Of a stretch of DNA of 64,000 bases, positions 51,701-64,000 are shown piece by piece. Source of the DNA: Octopus vulgaris (Eukaryota). The position numbers were made by a program, and so were the translations under genes. The notes beneath the pieces were generated by a model. It was given only the letters and a program-made list of their open reading frames with translations, was not told the DNA's origin and ran no database searches. Numbering within the stretch: position 1 is the stretch's first letter; each line of letters begins with the position of its first letter. Where the stretch lies: positions 13,516,001-13,580,000 of the forward strand of contig OX597826.1 of assembly GCA_951406725.2 (NCBI GenBank), read 5' to 3'.

Positions 51701-52920
51701 GTTATTTTGAAATTTTAGTCAATGTTTGATCTAAAGCCTGATGGAAGCAATCTTTATCAGATTGTATAGAGGCTAACTGACCTGACGGCTCCCATTAACA
51801 GAAGTACGGAATGATAGTAGCTACACACTGACGTCAACCAGTGCCTCAATCAGTTAAGGTAGAACACTGCTTAATAAGTGAAGGGGACAAGGCAGAATCG
51901 CTTGAGACGCTTTGGCAAGGGGACAAAGGTATCGAGTTCGACCTGATTACTTAATATTTTGAGCAAGTGTCTTGACCATGACATTGCGTCAGCCTGTGCC
52001 AAACGGAAATATAGAAACACGTCAGATGAAGTGATGTACTAGTAATTCATAGGTCCGGTTCCATTATACTATTTCATGCTGACTCCACCTGAGAATTACG
52101 TCAAGGGTACACGTGTCCTCGGAATACTCAGTCACTTGCATGTTAGTATGTTCAACTGATCGAACAACTGATATTCGTCGATGAAACCGGTGGAAGATTC
52201 ATCCGTGTTACATTCTAAGAATAATTCCGTTATATTTATTTATAACAATTTTTTTTGTCTCTTATCCACAGCAACTTTGCATGATACGCTATCCTCGATA
52301 TCTAGATATTTATTTGTAGCAGATGTTTTCTTGAACATTAAAGATAAGGAGACCATTGATATGTAATGGTCTTAGATTTGGAAAACGGTTTTCTACGTTC
52401 AACTATCAGATATGAACATTTCTTTTGGCCAAGTCCCATCCCAGACTTATATCAGCTAAAACTGTAGTTATTAAATCCATATGTTTCTCAGAATTGTAAA
52501 TATTTGCTGTATAGATCATTACTTCATCTATAAAGAAATTATAAGTAACATTAATGTCTTTTACTGATGTAAAATCTAACACATAACCAATGAAATGTTG
52601 CTACATAAATGACTGGTGCGTATGATCAGAGCGATATTTTTCGTGTAAATTCCAGCGTCTGCATCGGTAATGACTTGCTTATGCTTGGGATTATAGCGAT
52701 CCCATGTTCCTAAGTCTGTGACCCATATTAGCACTAGATACCTTACACCAGCTTGTCTCTGGACCTTGTCAGTAGGGTGTAGAGGGTCTAAGAGGTGTCG
52801 TGCAAACGTTATTGGACCTAAAATTTTGCACGGGTATTGCTGACATTGTACAGGGGCAATGGCTATCGAGGACTTTTCTCGGTCGCGAGAGGACAGCTAC
52901 CTGATATGTATATATATATG

Positions 52921-53000
<80 letters not shown>

Positions 53001-53059
53001 CCCAGGAAACCCTGGGTACCTGTATTTCACAAGACTTGTGGTTTTCCTTATGTGCGTAA

Positions 53060-53103
<44 letters not shown>

Positions 53104-53394
53104 ATGTATATGTATATGCATGCATAATACATAAACACACTTACACACGCGCACGCACACACACACACACACATATATATATGTCGATATGGATGCATGC
53201 ATGTATGTCTGTAAGAACATGCATGTAAGGGTGGAGGAAAAGGCACATTGATTTCTTTACTGAGTAAAAGTACAGAGTTGAATTATAAATGATTTTACAT
53301 TACAAATTTGATACAGCATTTAGACGAAAGGGAACCCCTATCACACAGCGAAGAGGATGAAACTATCATCCTTTATGCACACGTATACATACAT

Positions 53395-53430
53395 CATTAT
53401 ATATATATATATATATATATATATTTTATT

Positions 53431-53466
<36 letters not shown>

Positions 53467-53955
53467 AAGAGAGGCAGAGAGAGAGAAAGAGAGAGAGAGG
53501 GATACATACATATATACATACATACATATATACATACATACATATATACATACATACATACATACATATATACACATACATATATACAAAGATACATACA
53601 AACATATATACATATATACATACATACATACATACAAAGATACATACATATATACATACATACATGCATGCATGCATGCATACACTCATTCATGCATACA
53701 CTCATACATACAAAGATACATACATACATACATACATATATACATACGTACATACATACATGCATGCATACATACATACATACATACATACATACATACA
53801 TACATACATACATACATACATACATACATACATACATGCATGCATGCATACACTCATTCATGCATACACTCATACATACAAAGATACATACATACATACA
53901 TACATATATACATACGTACATATATACATACATACATATATACATACATGTATGT
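53395..53955. repeat. Compound (TA)n(GA)n(TACA)n tract with an internal higher-order duplication
   Basis: Block tgcatgcatgcatacactcattcatgcatacactcatac... occurs twice about 170 nt apart. Dozens of other (TA)n, (TG)n and (TATG)n tracts are not listed separately. Confidence 0.88.
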
Positions 53956-55551
53956 AATACATTTACGCCTGATAGAGGCGAATGTATACAAATGCCTCTG
54001 TGTATATTTATACACACTTCACACACACACAAATATCAGTTTTCATCTATACATATGCAAACAAAATTCATACATTCGTTTACCACTGAAGCATGAAAAG
54101 AAATAATAGATTTGTTTTCGTTTATTTCACTAACTTCTTTCCAATTTTTTCTTTAGTTTCTCTTATTGTGAATGTGTGTCACCCCTAAGTTGTCAGGCAG
54201 AGTGACTTGTAAGTGAAACCGTCATCAAGATTTTGAGTCATCAAATGTCCGACACAATGAAACTACGAAGAACGTTGTCTGCAATGTAGAAAGGAGTTAA
54301 GTCCCACCACTCAATGGGAAAAGTTTCCTCGTCATAACAAGTAATGTAATATGACCAGAATCAAAATAACTGATGCTTCAATGCATTGGACCGTATAATC
54401 CTTGTTACTGAAGGCACAAGGTCTGAAAATTTGGAGGGAGGAGACTAGTCGATGTTGCTAATGTTCAACTAGTACCTATTTCATCGGCCCCTACAAGGCG
54501 AAAGGCAAATCGACCACGGCGGAATTTGAATGAAATGCCGCCAAGCATTTGGTCTAGCATGATAAAGATTATAAAATATCTACGCTGAAGCCGACTGAAG
54601 GATATCTATTAAATATATCCACCAAACTCTCACTCTTAGACCAAACTGATTCTGAATGTAGCAGACGTTCAGATAAAAATCACGATATTTACTGTTCGCC
54701 AAGTAGTTTCTTTTGCTATTCATTTTGCTTCCAGTTTTACTGTAGGAATTTGATCAACTTTAACCCCGCCAATCCTTCATCTTGCATCCCTGCATCGGAA
54801 GTTTCGTGATTGATCATGAAAAAACACATTCTAAATCACATTTTTAAAATTCTGCTCAGGAGTGCCACTGGATTCAATTAAGACTTAATTTCTCTTCCAC
54901 TCCTACATGAATCAACAGTTTATATTTCATTCTTAACCACATCCACATCATACATTCAACCCATTTCTTTCTTTTTTAACATCTCTCACCACTGCTCCAT
55001 GCAAATTCTGCTTAAAAGCCTTACATAAAACTTCTTGAAAGCATTTTCAACCTGGCCTCATCCAACAGCATAAAGAATTTGTCGCAGTACTTATAATGAA
55101 AATATATTTTCAACACAATATTTTCGATAATCACAAACAGCAAACAACGAGAAATTGAACAATTGTTTCAAGTACTAACAAATTTTATATGATGTTCACT
55201 CATTAATAACACTTCCGAAGGTAAATATTTCCTGTCAGAGTCAGTACTTCTAAAATCTTTCTACTGCTCATAAATAGTATACATACATATACATTATCAT
55301 ACACATATATGTGAGTGTATGCTAATATCTATACATACATATATACATACATACGTGTGTGTGTGTGTGTGTGTACGTGTGTGTGTGTGTACGTGTGTGT
55401 GTGTGTCTATATTATCTGCAAACAACTTTCAGATACGGGAGCTACCAGTTGAAAGTTTAAAAGTTCAGCCTATCGAACACTAAAAGGCTTATGGAATCAT
55501 CAAAAGGGAATGCGCACCGTTTCAAAGCCTTCCTCTCTACGGTATTACTGT

Positions 55552-55781
55552 GGCGAGCTGGTAGAATCGTTAGCACGCCGGGCGAAATGCTTACCGGTAT
55601 TTCGTCTGCCGTTACGTTCTGAGTTCAAATTCTGCCGAGGTCGACTTTGCCTTTCATCCTTTCGTGGTCAATTAAATAAGTACCAGTTACGCACTGGAGT
55701 CGATATAATCGACTTAATCCCCTTGTCTGTCCTTGTTTGTCCTCCTTGTGTTTAGCCCCTTGTTGGTAGTAAAGAAATAGA
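55552..55781 (+). mobile_element. SINE family C, full length with TSD (reference copy)
   Basis: Head ggcgagctggtagaatcg...gagttcaaattc, central gaggtcgactttgcctttcatcctttcg...gtacc domain. TSD tattactgt at 55543-55551 and 55782-55790. Confidence 0.9.
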
Positions 55782-55863
55782 TATTACTGTGCACCCTCCA
55801 CTCTCACTGAAATAAAGCTCATTACATCAACTGACCACTAGATTTCGCTCAATATTCTCCTAG

Positions 55864-56124
55864 CTATTGTTCATCGTCTCTTTCTAACCATATCCCATGG
55901 TTTACCTTTTCCACTGTAGCTTGGATGTCGCTCATGATAGCAATCGTTATATGTTGATTTAGACCCAGCGACAACAACCATCGACTCGTATTCCTTTTAA
56001 GAAATCTTCGATATCCAACTTCGATTGGATAATGTTCCGCTTTCCAGTCATCACCTTCACATTCGTCGAGGAGAGGTTCATACCGGTCACTCTTTCGAAT
56101 CTGAGTGGCGTCCATCTCCAGCAT
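55864..56124 (-). mobile_element. 3' fragment of an REL-endonuclease LINE (R2/HERO-like)
   Basis: RKSDRYEPLLDECEGDDWKAEHYPIEVGYRRF...LG...IWLER resembles the K..Y..L...GW...PIEVG.RGF...IWL C-terminus of HERO-type elements. Confidence 0.7.
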
Positions 56125-56314
56125 ATTATAAAGACTTACACGCAGACGTGATACGTCTCTTGTAATGCCACGTTACGTCGTTCTCTGCCACTCTGAACTT
56201 ATATATTGAGCTGTTTCACACGATACACCTACTACTCATCCTCTTATTTTCTATGATATGTCTGAACTGAAAATTATATGACAAACAATTTATTTAATAC
56301 ATCTCTCTTTTTTA

Positions 56315-56708
56315 TTCTTACTTTTACTTGTGTCAGTCATTTGACTGCGGCCATGCTGGAGCACCGTCTTTAGTCGAGCAACTCGACCCCGGGACTTATT
56401 CTTTGTAAGCCCAGTACTTATTCTATCGGTCTCTTTTGCCGAACCGCTAAGTAACGGGGACGTAAACACATCAACATTGGTTGTCAAGCAATGCTAGGGG
56501 GACAAACACAGACACACACACATACATATATTTATGCATATATACGACAGGCTTCTTTCAGTTTCCGTCTACCAAATCCACTCACAAGGCATTGGTCGGC
56601 CCGGAGCTATAGCAGAAGACACTTGCCCAAGGTGCCACGCAGTGGGACTGAACCCGGAACCATGTGGTTGGTTAGCAAGCTACTTACCACACAGCCACTC
56701 CTGCGCCT
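56315..56708 (-). mobile_element. SINE family A, full length
   Basis: Close reverse-complement match to 39373-39772. Confidence 0.9.
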
Positions 56709-57408
56709 ACAGCTGTTTCATTTGGTACTCTCTCGTCTTTCTTCTGCTTCCCTTAATGACATCAACCGATAAAATGAGAAATGAAGCCAAATTGACCAGT
56801 TCACTGCGAGGAAATCTGTAAAATTTACCAACATTATTCTTTTCCTTCGATCGAGTAAAATCGCCTTCTGTGTTCTTTGCAATATGAAATAGCACTGGAA
56901 GATGAGGAATCGACGAAAAAGCATAGACTTCTCTGCTTAAGTGGCTGAGAATGTATAATTCTATAACGTTTGAGCCCGATAATATACTGAGCGAAAAGGG
57001 AGAACCCCATACTAAGATGACAGAATGTAGAGTACCAGGCAAAAGTAGAAAGTAAGATAGAGTTCTATTGTAAGATGCCACTCTAATTAGTGGTGTTCAT
57101 TCATTTTGTTAGTTAAAGTCGTATTACATATAGGTTTAGTTGGTTAGCAGACCTAGAATTGTATCCACTTTAATTCCTAGGAAAGGAAAAGTTTAGGAAG
57201 AAATAATATCAATAGATGAGGTGATTAATCTATTGCTTGTTTTTATTGGAATGATCAAATAATGACCTGTTTCTAAAAGATTATACCGACTCTGGTTCAT
57301 GACTAGTAGTTATTTTATCGATTGATAAAGGGAAAACCTTGCAGAGCGAATCCCGACTATGAAGGGGAAATCAAATTCAATACTTACAAACTCAAATGAA
57401 TAGGTACT

Positions 57409-57669
57409 AAAATAGGTACTGATGCCTAGTTAAAAATAGTTAAAATAGGTACTGATGCCTAGTTAAAAATAGTTAAAATAGGTACTGATGCCTAGTTTAA
57501 AATAGTTAAAATAGGTACTGATGCCTAGTTAAAAATAGTTAAAATAGGTACTGATGCCTAGTTTAAAATAGTTAAAATAGGTACTGATGCCTAGTTTAAA
57601 ATAGTTACAATAGGTACTGATGCCTAGTTAAAAATAGTTAAAATAGGTACTGATGCCTAGTTAAAAATA
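57409..57669. repeat. 33-bp minisatellite, 8 copies
   Basis: Unit aaaataggtactgatgcctagttaaaaatagtt starting at 57409, 57442, 57475, 57508, 57541, 57574, 57607 and 57640. Confidence 0.95.
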
Positions 57670-58104
57670 AATGAATGCCTAAATACCAAATATCGCCTTC
57701 TTGTTTTATTTTATCCACAAATCGTAATCCGAAATCAAACCTAAAAATGCTGCAAAAAAGCTAATAATTCCCACGGCTAACCCTATGGAATTCTGATGAG
57801 CATGTTTCACAAAAGCACATTGACTCAATTAACTTACTTCTAGCTGAAACTTTAATTTTCTGGTTTTCTTTCAAAAGCAACAGAATACAATAAATTCTTA
57901 TGTTTATTTATTTTTCATTATGTTATGTGTTGTAGGAAATCTGTATTTTATGGAAATCCTTTTGGCAATAGCATGGAGAGCTGTGCTTTTACTTCTTTCG
58001 GTTTTTTTAACACTCATTATCTCTATTCAATTGCTACCAGAAACAGTTAGTCACAGATTTTATCACACCCCTAATTTGTTCATACATGCTTTAATACTTA
58101 GTTG

Positions 58105-58170
<66 letters not shown>

Positions 58171-58278
58171 TATGTGCGTGTGTGTATACATATACATGCA
58201 TCTATAATACATACATATATATATATATGTGTGTGTTTATCAATTTATATATGTATATGTGTGTATGTATATATATGT

Positions 58279-58343
<65 letters not shown>

Positions 58344-58528
58344 TACATACATATACGTGTGCGTGAGGGAGAAAGAGAGAGAGAGAGAGAGTGACGAAGG
58401 GGAGCAGGTGTGTGTATTTAGCGGTGGTTCTAGTTTTGATTGTACACGCAAGCATATATATATACATACATCCATACAAGCATACATATGTACAAACATA
58501 AATATATATATATATGTATATATGGATG

Positions 58529-58579
<51 letters not shown>

Positions 58580-59403
58580 GTGTGAGTACATACATATTTA
58601 TATATGTATATTTATGTATATATATGCACAATTATGTATCTATGTGTACATATATATATTATGTACTTATGTATATATATATATATGTATGTATGTACTA
58701 CCTATGTGCAGTTTTGAAGATGTTGCTACTCTGCTTTTTCACTCCAGTATATGGGGCTGGGTCTCTGTGTCTGAGTCTTGCGTAATACTTTTATTGCTAG
58801 ACAACATGAAGTAAGTGAAATAAGGAATAGATTTGACAACGTATAAAATTTCAAACATGTGCAAGTAATTCTGTAAAGTTGAAAACGTCTTTAAAAAAAT
58901 ATCACTTCGACGGCGGTTCCGCTGTTATTTATTTAAATTAATGTCTGAAGAAGAAGGGAAAAATAGACCATTCAATGACATTTCTTATTTGAGGGAAAAA
59001 TGTGTTCATTTGGTAGTCTAGTTTACTAGGGAATGATAAGATGAGGGCTTGTGTAGCGCAGAAAGTGTCTATGATTAGGGCTTGTAAAAGAAATTTGATA
59101 ACAGTTTCTGTAGAACGGAGTAAATTAAATGTGTACCAGGGAGCCAAATCGTGTATTCAATTAAAACTGGCTCCGTTTATTATTTTCGTTATTTGCTTTT
59201 GCGAGGTTAAAATGGGAAATTCTACCAGTGTCATGCCATTGATATCCATGTAGATATTTCTGATTATGCGTATAATTTTAAACATGCGCAGGGCACAGTA
59301 TGGGTGCGTGTATATACGTGGATGTGTACAAGCATACAATGTTACATGTTGAGAATGTATATACATATATATATATATATATATATGTATGCATGTATAC
59401 ATA

Positions 59404-59485
<82 letters not shown>

Positions 59486-59824
59486 TGTATGTATGTATGT
59501 ATGTACAAGCTTCTTTGAATGTGGAAGTCTAATGGAAATAAGTACGTGGATATTCTGTAGCAAAATTTCTTTTGAAGCTTTTTTCTCTGATATATAATAT
59601 TCATTCAAATTATTTTATTTATCAAAATATACTGTATCTATATAACTATGTTACAACTGTATACCTACATGTAGTAATGTACAGTATAAATATATACATA
59701 CATGCATACAGTCGTACGCGCATACAAGCTTGCATACATACATTCATACATATATAAATACATAAATACATACCTACAAATATGGATGTATACATGTATG
59801 TGTGCGTGTATGTATGTTCTTTTT

Positions 59825-60209
59825 GCTTTTCTTGTTTCAGCTCAGAGCTGCGACCATGCTGATGCACCGCCGTTTTGTGCTACACAGTTATTACTAAGAG
59901 CCTCCTCTAATATGTGGCACTTGGTAAAGAATAGAGTTTGATATAGCTACCCTCATTTGCACCCCTTGCCGTGAGGTAGGTTCATCTGGGACTCTAGACA
60001 GGAAGATGTCCAGCTTTGATTTAAAAACCGCTACATCTACTTTGTGCAAGTTCCTCAGACTCTCTGGGAGAATATTAAAAAGCTGTGAGCCCTTGAAACC
60101 CAGGCTGTTGCAGTAGCTGGCCCTGAAGCGTGATGGCATTGCTGGGATCTTTGGCACTATGCATTGTCGTCCCGTTCTAGCATTGGTGTAGCTTACAATA
60201 CCAAAATTT
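59825..60209 (-). mobile_element. 5'-truncated 3' fragment of a related CR1/L2-group LINE subfamily
   Basis: Minus-strand peptide NFGIVSYTNARTGRQCIVP...GSQLFNILPESLRNLH...FKSKLDIFLSRVPDEPTSRQ aligns by eye with 32250-32567. Tail ggcggtgcatcagcatggtcgcagctctgagctgaaacaag. Embedded in (TATG)n. Confidence 0.9.
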
Positions 60210-60404
60210 GCATGTATGTACGTATGTATGTATGTATGTATGTATGTATGTATGTATGTATGTATGTGTCGTTGTCTCCTCATTTCGGAGTGCTGGAGTG
60301 TTTCTCTCTCCGGTGGTATTTCCTTTTTTATATCTGTGCCTCTTATGGCTGGGAAGACCGATATTTGCGTGGAACAATTGTCCACAGAAGTAACAACTGA
60401 TAAC

Positions 60405-60465
<61 letters not shown>

Positions 60466-60689
60466 GATAGGGAAATGGTTTGATGAAATTCTATTTAACA
60501 ATGAGAAAACTCTAATATTATGTCAAATTGTTTCGTAACTTAAAAACATGTAAACATTGTATATTATTATATCTATATATAAACTTAAAGTTCGTTTACG
60601 GGAAATGTTTTACATATGCATATAAAAGCTCCTATTCAATTATGCCGGTTATAGTTTAATGATACTAACTGGCATGGCACAGGTCGGTG

Positions 60690-60729
<40 letters not shown>

Positions 60730-60906
60730 GGGCATTATATATATAATTTTTGTTCCGAATAAGCATGTCGTTACCGAAATGCAATTCGAAGAAGCCCGCC
60801 ATTTACATAGATGTATAAGGTTTGAACAGTTCCATGTGCTACGGTGGATACGACGGTTTGTTCGTCTGGTATGTTGATTTTGTTCATTCATTATATATCT
60901 TGAATC

Positions 60907-60970
60907 GCTGTACTGATGAATAAGGGACGTATCCAATACGTTAATTACGAAATCACTGGTGATATTCAGC
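60907..60970 (+). ncRNA. Type I hammerhead ribozyme
   Basis: gctgta-CTGATGA-a taa ggg acgtat cca atacgt taa tta c-GAAA-tcac tg gtga-TA-ttcagc. Intact core, stem I pairs 5 of 6. Confidence 0.7.
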
Positions 60971-61201
60971 TAAATTCTGTTTTTGGATGACTTGCTTCGA
61001 GACTTACATTCGGTTCGATATGTTATTTTGGTAGTTTTGACTTTAAGAGTCCCTCCTAGCGTGCGGCATTTATGTGTAATAATGCCCTATATATAATATA
61101 AATATATATTCAAGTGAAAAAATTTACAGATATTTTCTCTTATGAGGTTTTTCACGCTAACTACTTGATAATTTCTTATGAAGGTTTTATCCTATTTTTA
61201 A

Positions 61202-61326
<125 letters not shown>

Positions 61327-61374
61327 TTCCCTTCTTCGACCTCTGTTTCATCTTTCTATCTTTCTCTTCTCATC

Positions 61375-61411
<37 letters not shown>

Positions 61412-61681
61412 GCTTTAAGTCCGTTTATGTGAAATATCTATTGAGTGCCCTCATAAAAAGCTCCTGTGCTATTTAATCCGGCTACTGCTTATTGTTCCCA
61501 TCTTCCATTTATTGCCTGAGGAAACGAACACACGAATTAATATTACCATTAAGATCCATGGATTTTGCAAATCATACTTGTAATATCCCATGGATGGTGA
61601 ATACAACAACTCAAGCATGGAGTGTATTAAAGGATATACGAATTTCCATCAAAACTAGTTGTTGTTGTTTTTATTATTGTT

Positions 61682-61747
<66 letters not shown>

Positions 61748-61757
61748 TTTATTTTTA

Positions 61758-61795
<38 letters not shown>

Positions 61796-61827
61796 CATTC
61801 ATACATATATATATATATATACATACA

Positions 61828-61995
61828 TGCGACGAGATTCTTTCAGTTTCCGCCTACCAAGTCCACTCACGAGGCTTTGTTCGCCTGAGGCTATTGCAGA
61901 AAGCACTTTCCTAAAGTTGCCATGCAGTGGGACTGAACCCGGAACCATGTGGCTGGGAAGCAAATTTCTTACCACACACCCACACCTGTGCCTAT
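61828..61995 (-). mobile_element. SINE family A, 5' half
   Basis: Matches head and body. Confidence 0.78.
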
Positions 61996-62217
61996 ACATA
62001 TTAGACGGAAACGGTGCAGATGCCCATTACAGATGCACGTGCACACACGTGTGTGTGCGTGTGTGTGTGATATAATTACATGCATCCCAACATATTTATA
62101 TATATATGTATGTATATATATGTATATATATATAGACACACACGCATACATACACACTCGCGTATATATATATATAAAACTTGTTCGATATATATAAAAA
62201 CAGTCCAGTTCTCTCAC

Positions 62218-62311
<94 letters not shown>

Positions 62312-62807
62312 TTATATATATATGTATGTATATATTTGTGTATATGTATGTATGTATGTATACATATATATGTGCGTATGTAATTAGATCACACTCACAT
62401 GCGCGCGTGCACCTGCAACAGGCATCTGCATCGTTTCCGTCTACTAGATTTCACTCTCTAGGCATTGGTAAATTCAAGGTTGTGGTACATAACACATGGC
62501 CCCCAAGTTGTAGTGGGGGTACGATGGGATCCCGGAACTACGTGATTGCCAAACGAACGTCTTAAACAAGCTGCCTCGCCTGCGCCCCCTACCACCACCA
62601 CTGCAACTGATGCCCTTCCGTTACGTTTCTCAGCAATTAGAGAAACGGTGGAAGAAAAAAACAGAAAATTACGCAGCCATGTTTTACTTTGGAACTCTTG
62701 GTTTATTCATTCAGAATTGCGCTTTACCGTTATCGCATGTCCCCCCCCCCCCAACAACCGTAAGGGCTGCGAGTGCTACAGTAGCTACTTCTGTTGCCAA
62801 TGGTATT

Positions 62808-63355
62808 GATGAGGATGATGATGATGATGAGGAGGAGGAGGAGGAGGAGGAAGACGAAATTGATACAGCTATTACAACTACATCACCAATAACAATTACT
62901 ACTATTACTACTATGTCTATGACTACTGCTACTACTACTACCACTACTGTTACTACTATCACCCCTACTACCACCACCAAACCGCCACCACCAAAAACAC
63001 CACCACCAAACACCTCCGCCGCCACCACCGCTGCCGCCGCCGCTGACGCTGACGCTGCCGCCAGCGCTGATGCTGCCGCCACCGCCACCACTGACGCTGA
63101 CGCCACCGCCGCCGCTGCCGCAACCGCCACCACTGCCGCTGCCGCCACCTCAGCCACTGCCGCTGCCGCCCCCGCTGCCGCCCCCGCTGCCGCCACCGCT
63201 GCCGTCACCGCTGCCGTCACCGCTGCCTCCACCGCAACCGCCGCTGCCGCAACCGCCGCTGCCGCAACCGCCGCTGCCGCCATCTCAGCCACTGCCGCTG
63301 CCGCCACTGCTGCCGCTACCGCCACCGCTGCCGCCACCGCTGCTGCACCACCGCT
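62808..63355. repeat. Compound trinucleotide low-complexity tract (GAT/GAG/ACT/ACC/GCC)
   Basis: Directly visible, GC-rich in its 3' half. Confidence 0.9.
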
Positions 63356-63812
63356 ATCATTTCTAAAAGTCAATTTCCCCTTCAGGCCTTTTTCTTCTCA
63401 TGGTGTCAATAACAAACTTGTGATACTCTGTAGAAAACTCTCTAAATCTTTATCGAGCATTTGTGCAACATATTACAATATTCGACTGACCTATATTTGC
63501 AAGAATCTTTGTAAAAATCTTGACCATTTAATTGGACTTCTCAAACGGCTTGCCTTTCCTTTAACGTACGTTCCCACAAAAAGACACCTTATGCGCTACG
63601 TAACATACAGCTTGTACATCGCACATGCAGATGCGTCCACACATATGCAAAATCGATCCTAACAAGATACTGTTCCTTCTATTAGAGATTCAATTCAATA
63701 AACCTTCAGATATAATTTAGCGATGTTACATTTGGTCTCCTCCGGTTTCTTTAAGTGATGAAGACATTTTTCAAGGTAACCCTAGTATCGATCAACTGCA
63801 TTTCAATCTGTT

Positions 63813-63851
63813 TTAGGGTTAGGGTTAGTTAGGGTTAAGGTTAGGGTTAGG
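63813..63851 (+). repeat. Short interstitial (TTAGGG)n-like tract
   Basis: ttagggttagggttagttagggttaaggttagggttagg. Confidence 0.8.
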
Positions 63852-64000
63852 AGTGGGGGGAAGGGTATCTTTTTTTCTTCACAAATGTAAATAAACCCAA
63901 TCTGTTTCTTAAACGAGGGACCTATTCATACGACACAGAATGGTCTTTTTTTACCTCAATAGACGTCAGTGATTGGTTGAAATTGCAGAAATTGAAGAAA

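Noticed and set aside
51459-51710. Recurrent ORFs such as RRASFSFRLPNPLTRLWSARGYSRRHLPKVPRSGTEPGTMWL
   Set aside because: Antisense translation of SINE A. Recurrence reflects copy number, not a protein family.
57409-57669. CRISPR-like appearance (palindromic repeat at regular spacing)
   Set aside because: Intervening sequences are near-identical rather than unique spacers, there are no cas genes, and the context is eukaryotic.
62610-63662. 350-aa ORF (and antisense 220-aa ORF) rich in Ala/Thr/Glu
   Set aside because: Open only because of stop-free trinucleotide repeats. No domain, and the flanking residues look random.

Overview
Eukaryotic, AT-rich, repeat-saturated intronic/intergenic DNA. 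The SINE families and extreme microsatellite load are consistent with a coleoid cephalopod such as Octopus (inferred, not proven). Almost all ORFs in the track are artefacts of microsatellites or SINEs. The only long real reading frame is a nearly intact, 5'-truncated CR1/L2-group LINE ORF2 (APE endonuclease + reverse transcriptase, 29464-32567, with one stop and one frameshift). Also present: three tRNA-derived SINE families (about 40 copies), decayed Tx1/L1-, R4/Dong- and HERO-like LINE fragments, mariner/Tc1, pogo-like, hAT and Helitron-type non-autonomous DNA elements, one candidate CTCF site and one candidate host terminal exon. Main hunt result: at least five sequence-unrelated families of type I hammerhead-ribozyme folds read by eye. 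They sit in small non-coding Penelope-like/retrozyme-type units in or beside (TA)n tracts, in tandem and inverted arrangements, and one family shows compensatory base-pair changes between copies. Second: SINE family A shares its 3' tail, including a covarying stem-loop, with the resident LINE, and SINE family B carries five interchangeable tails. Boundaries of degenerate repeats are approximate.
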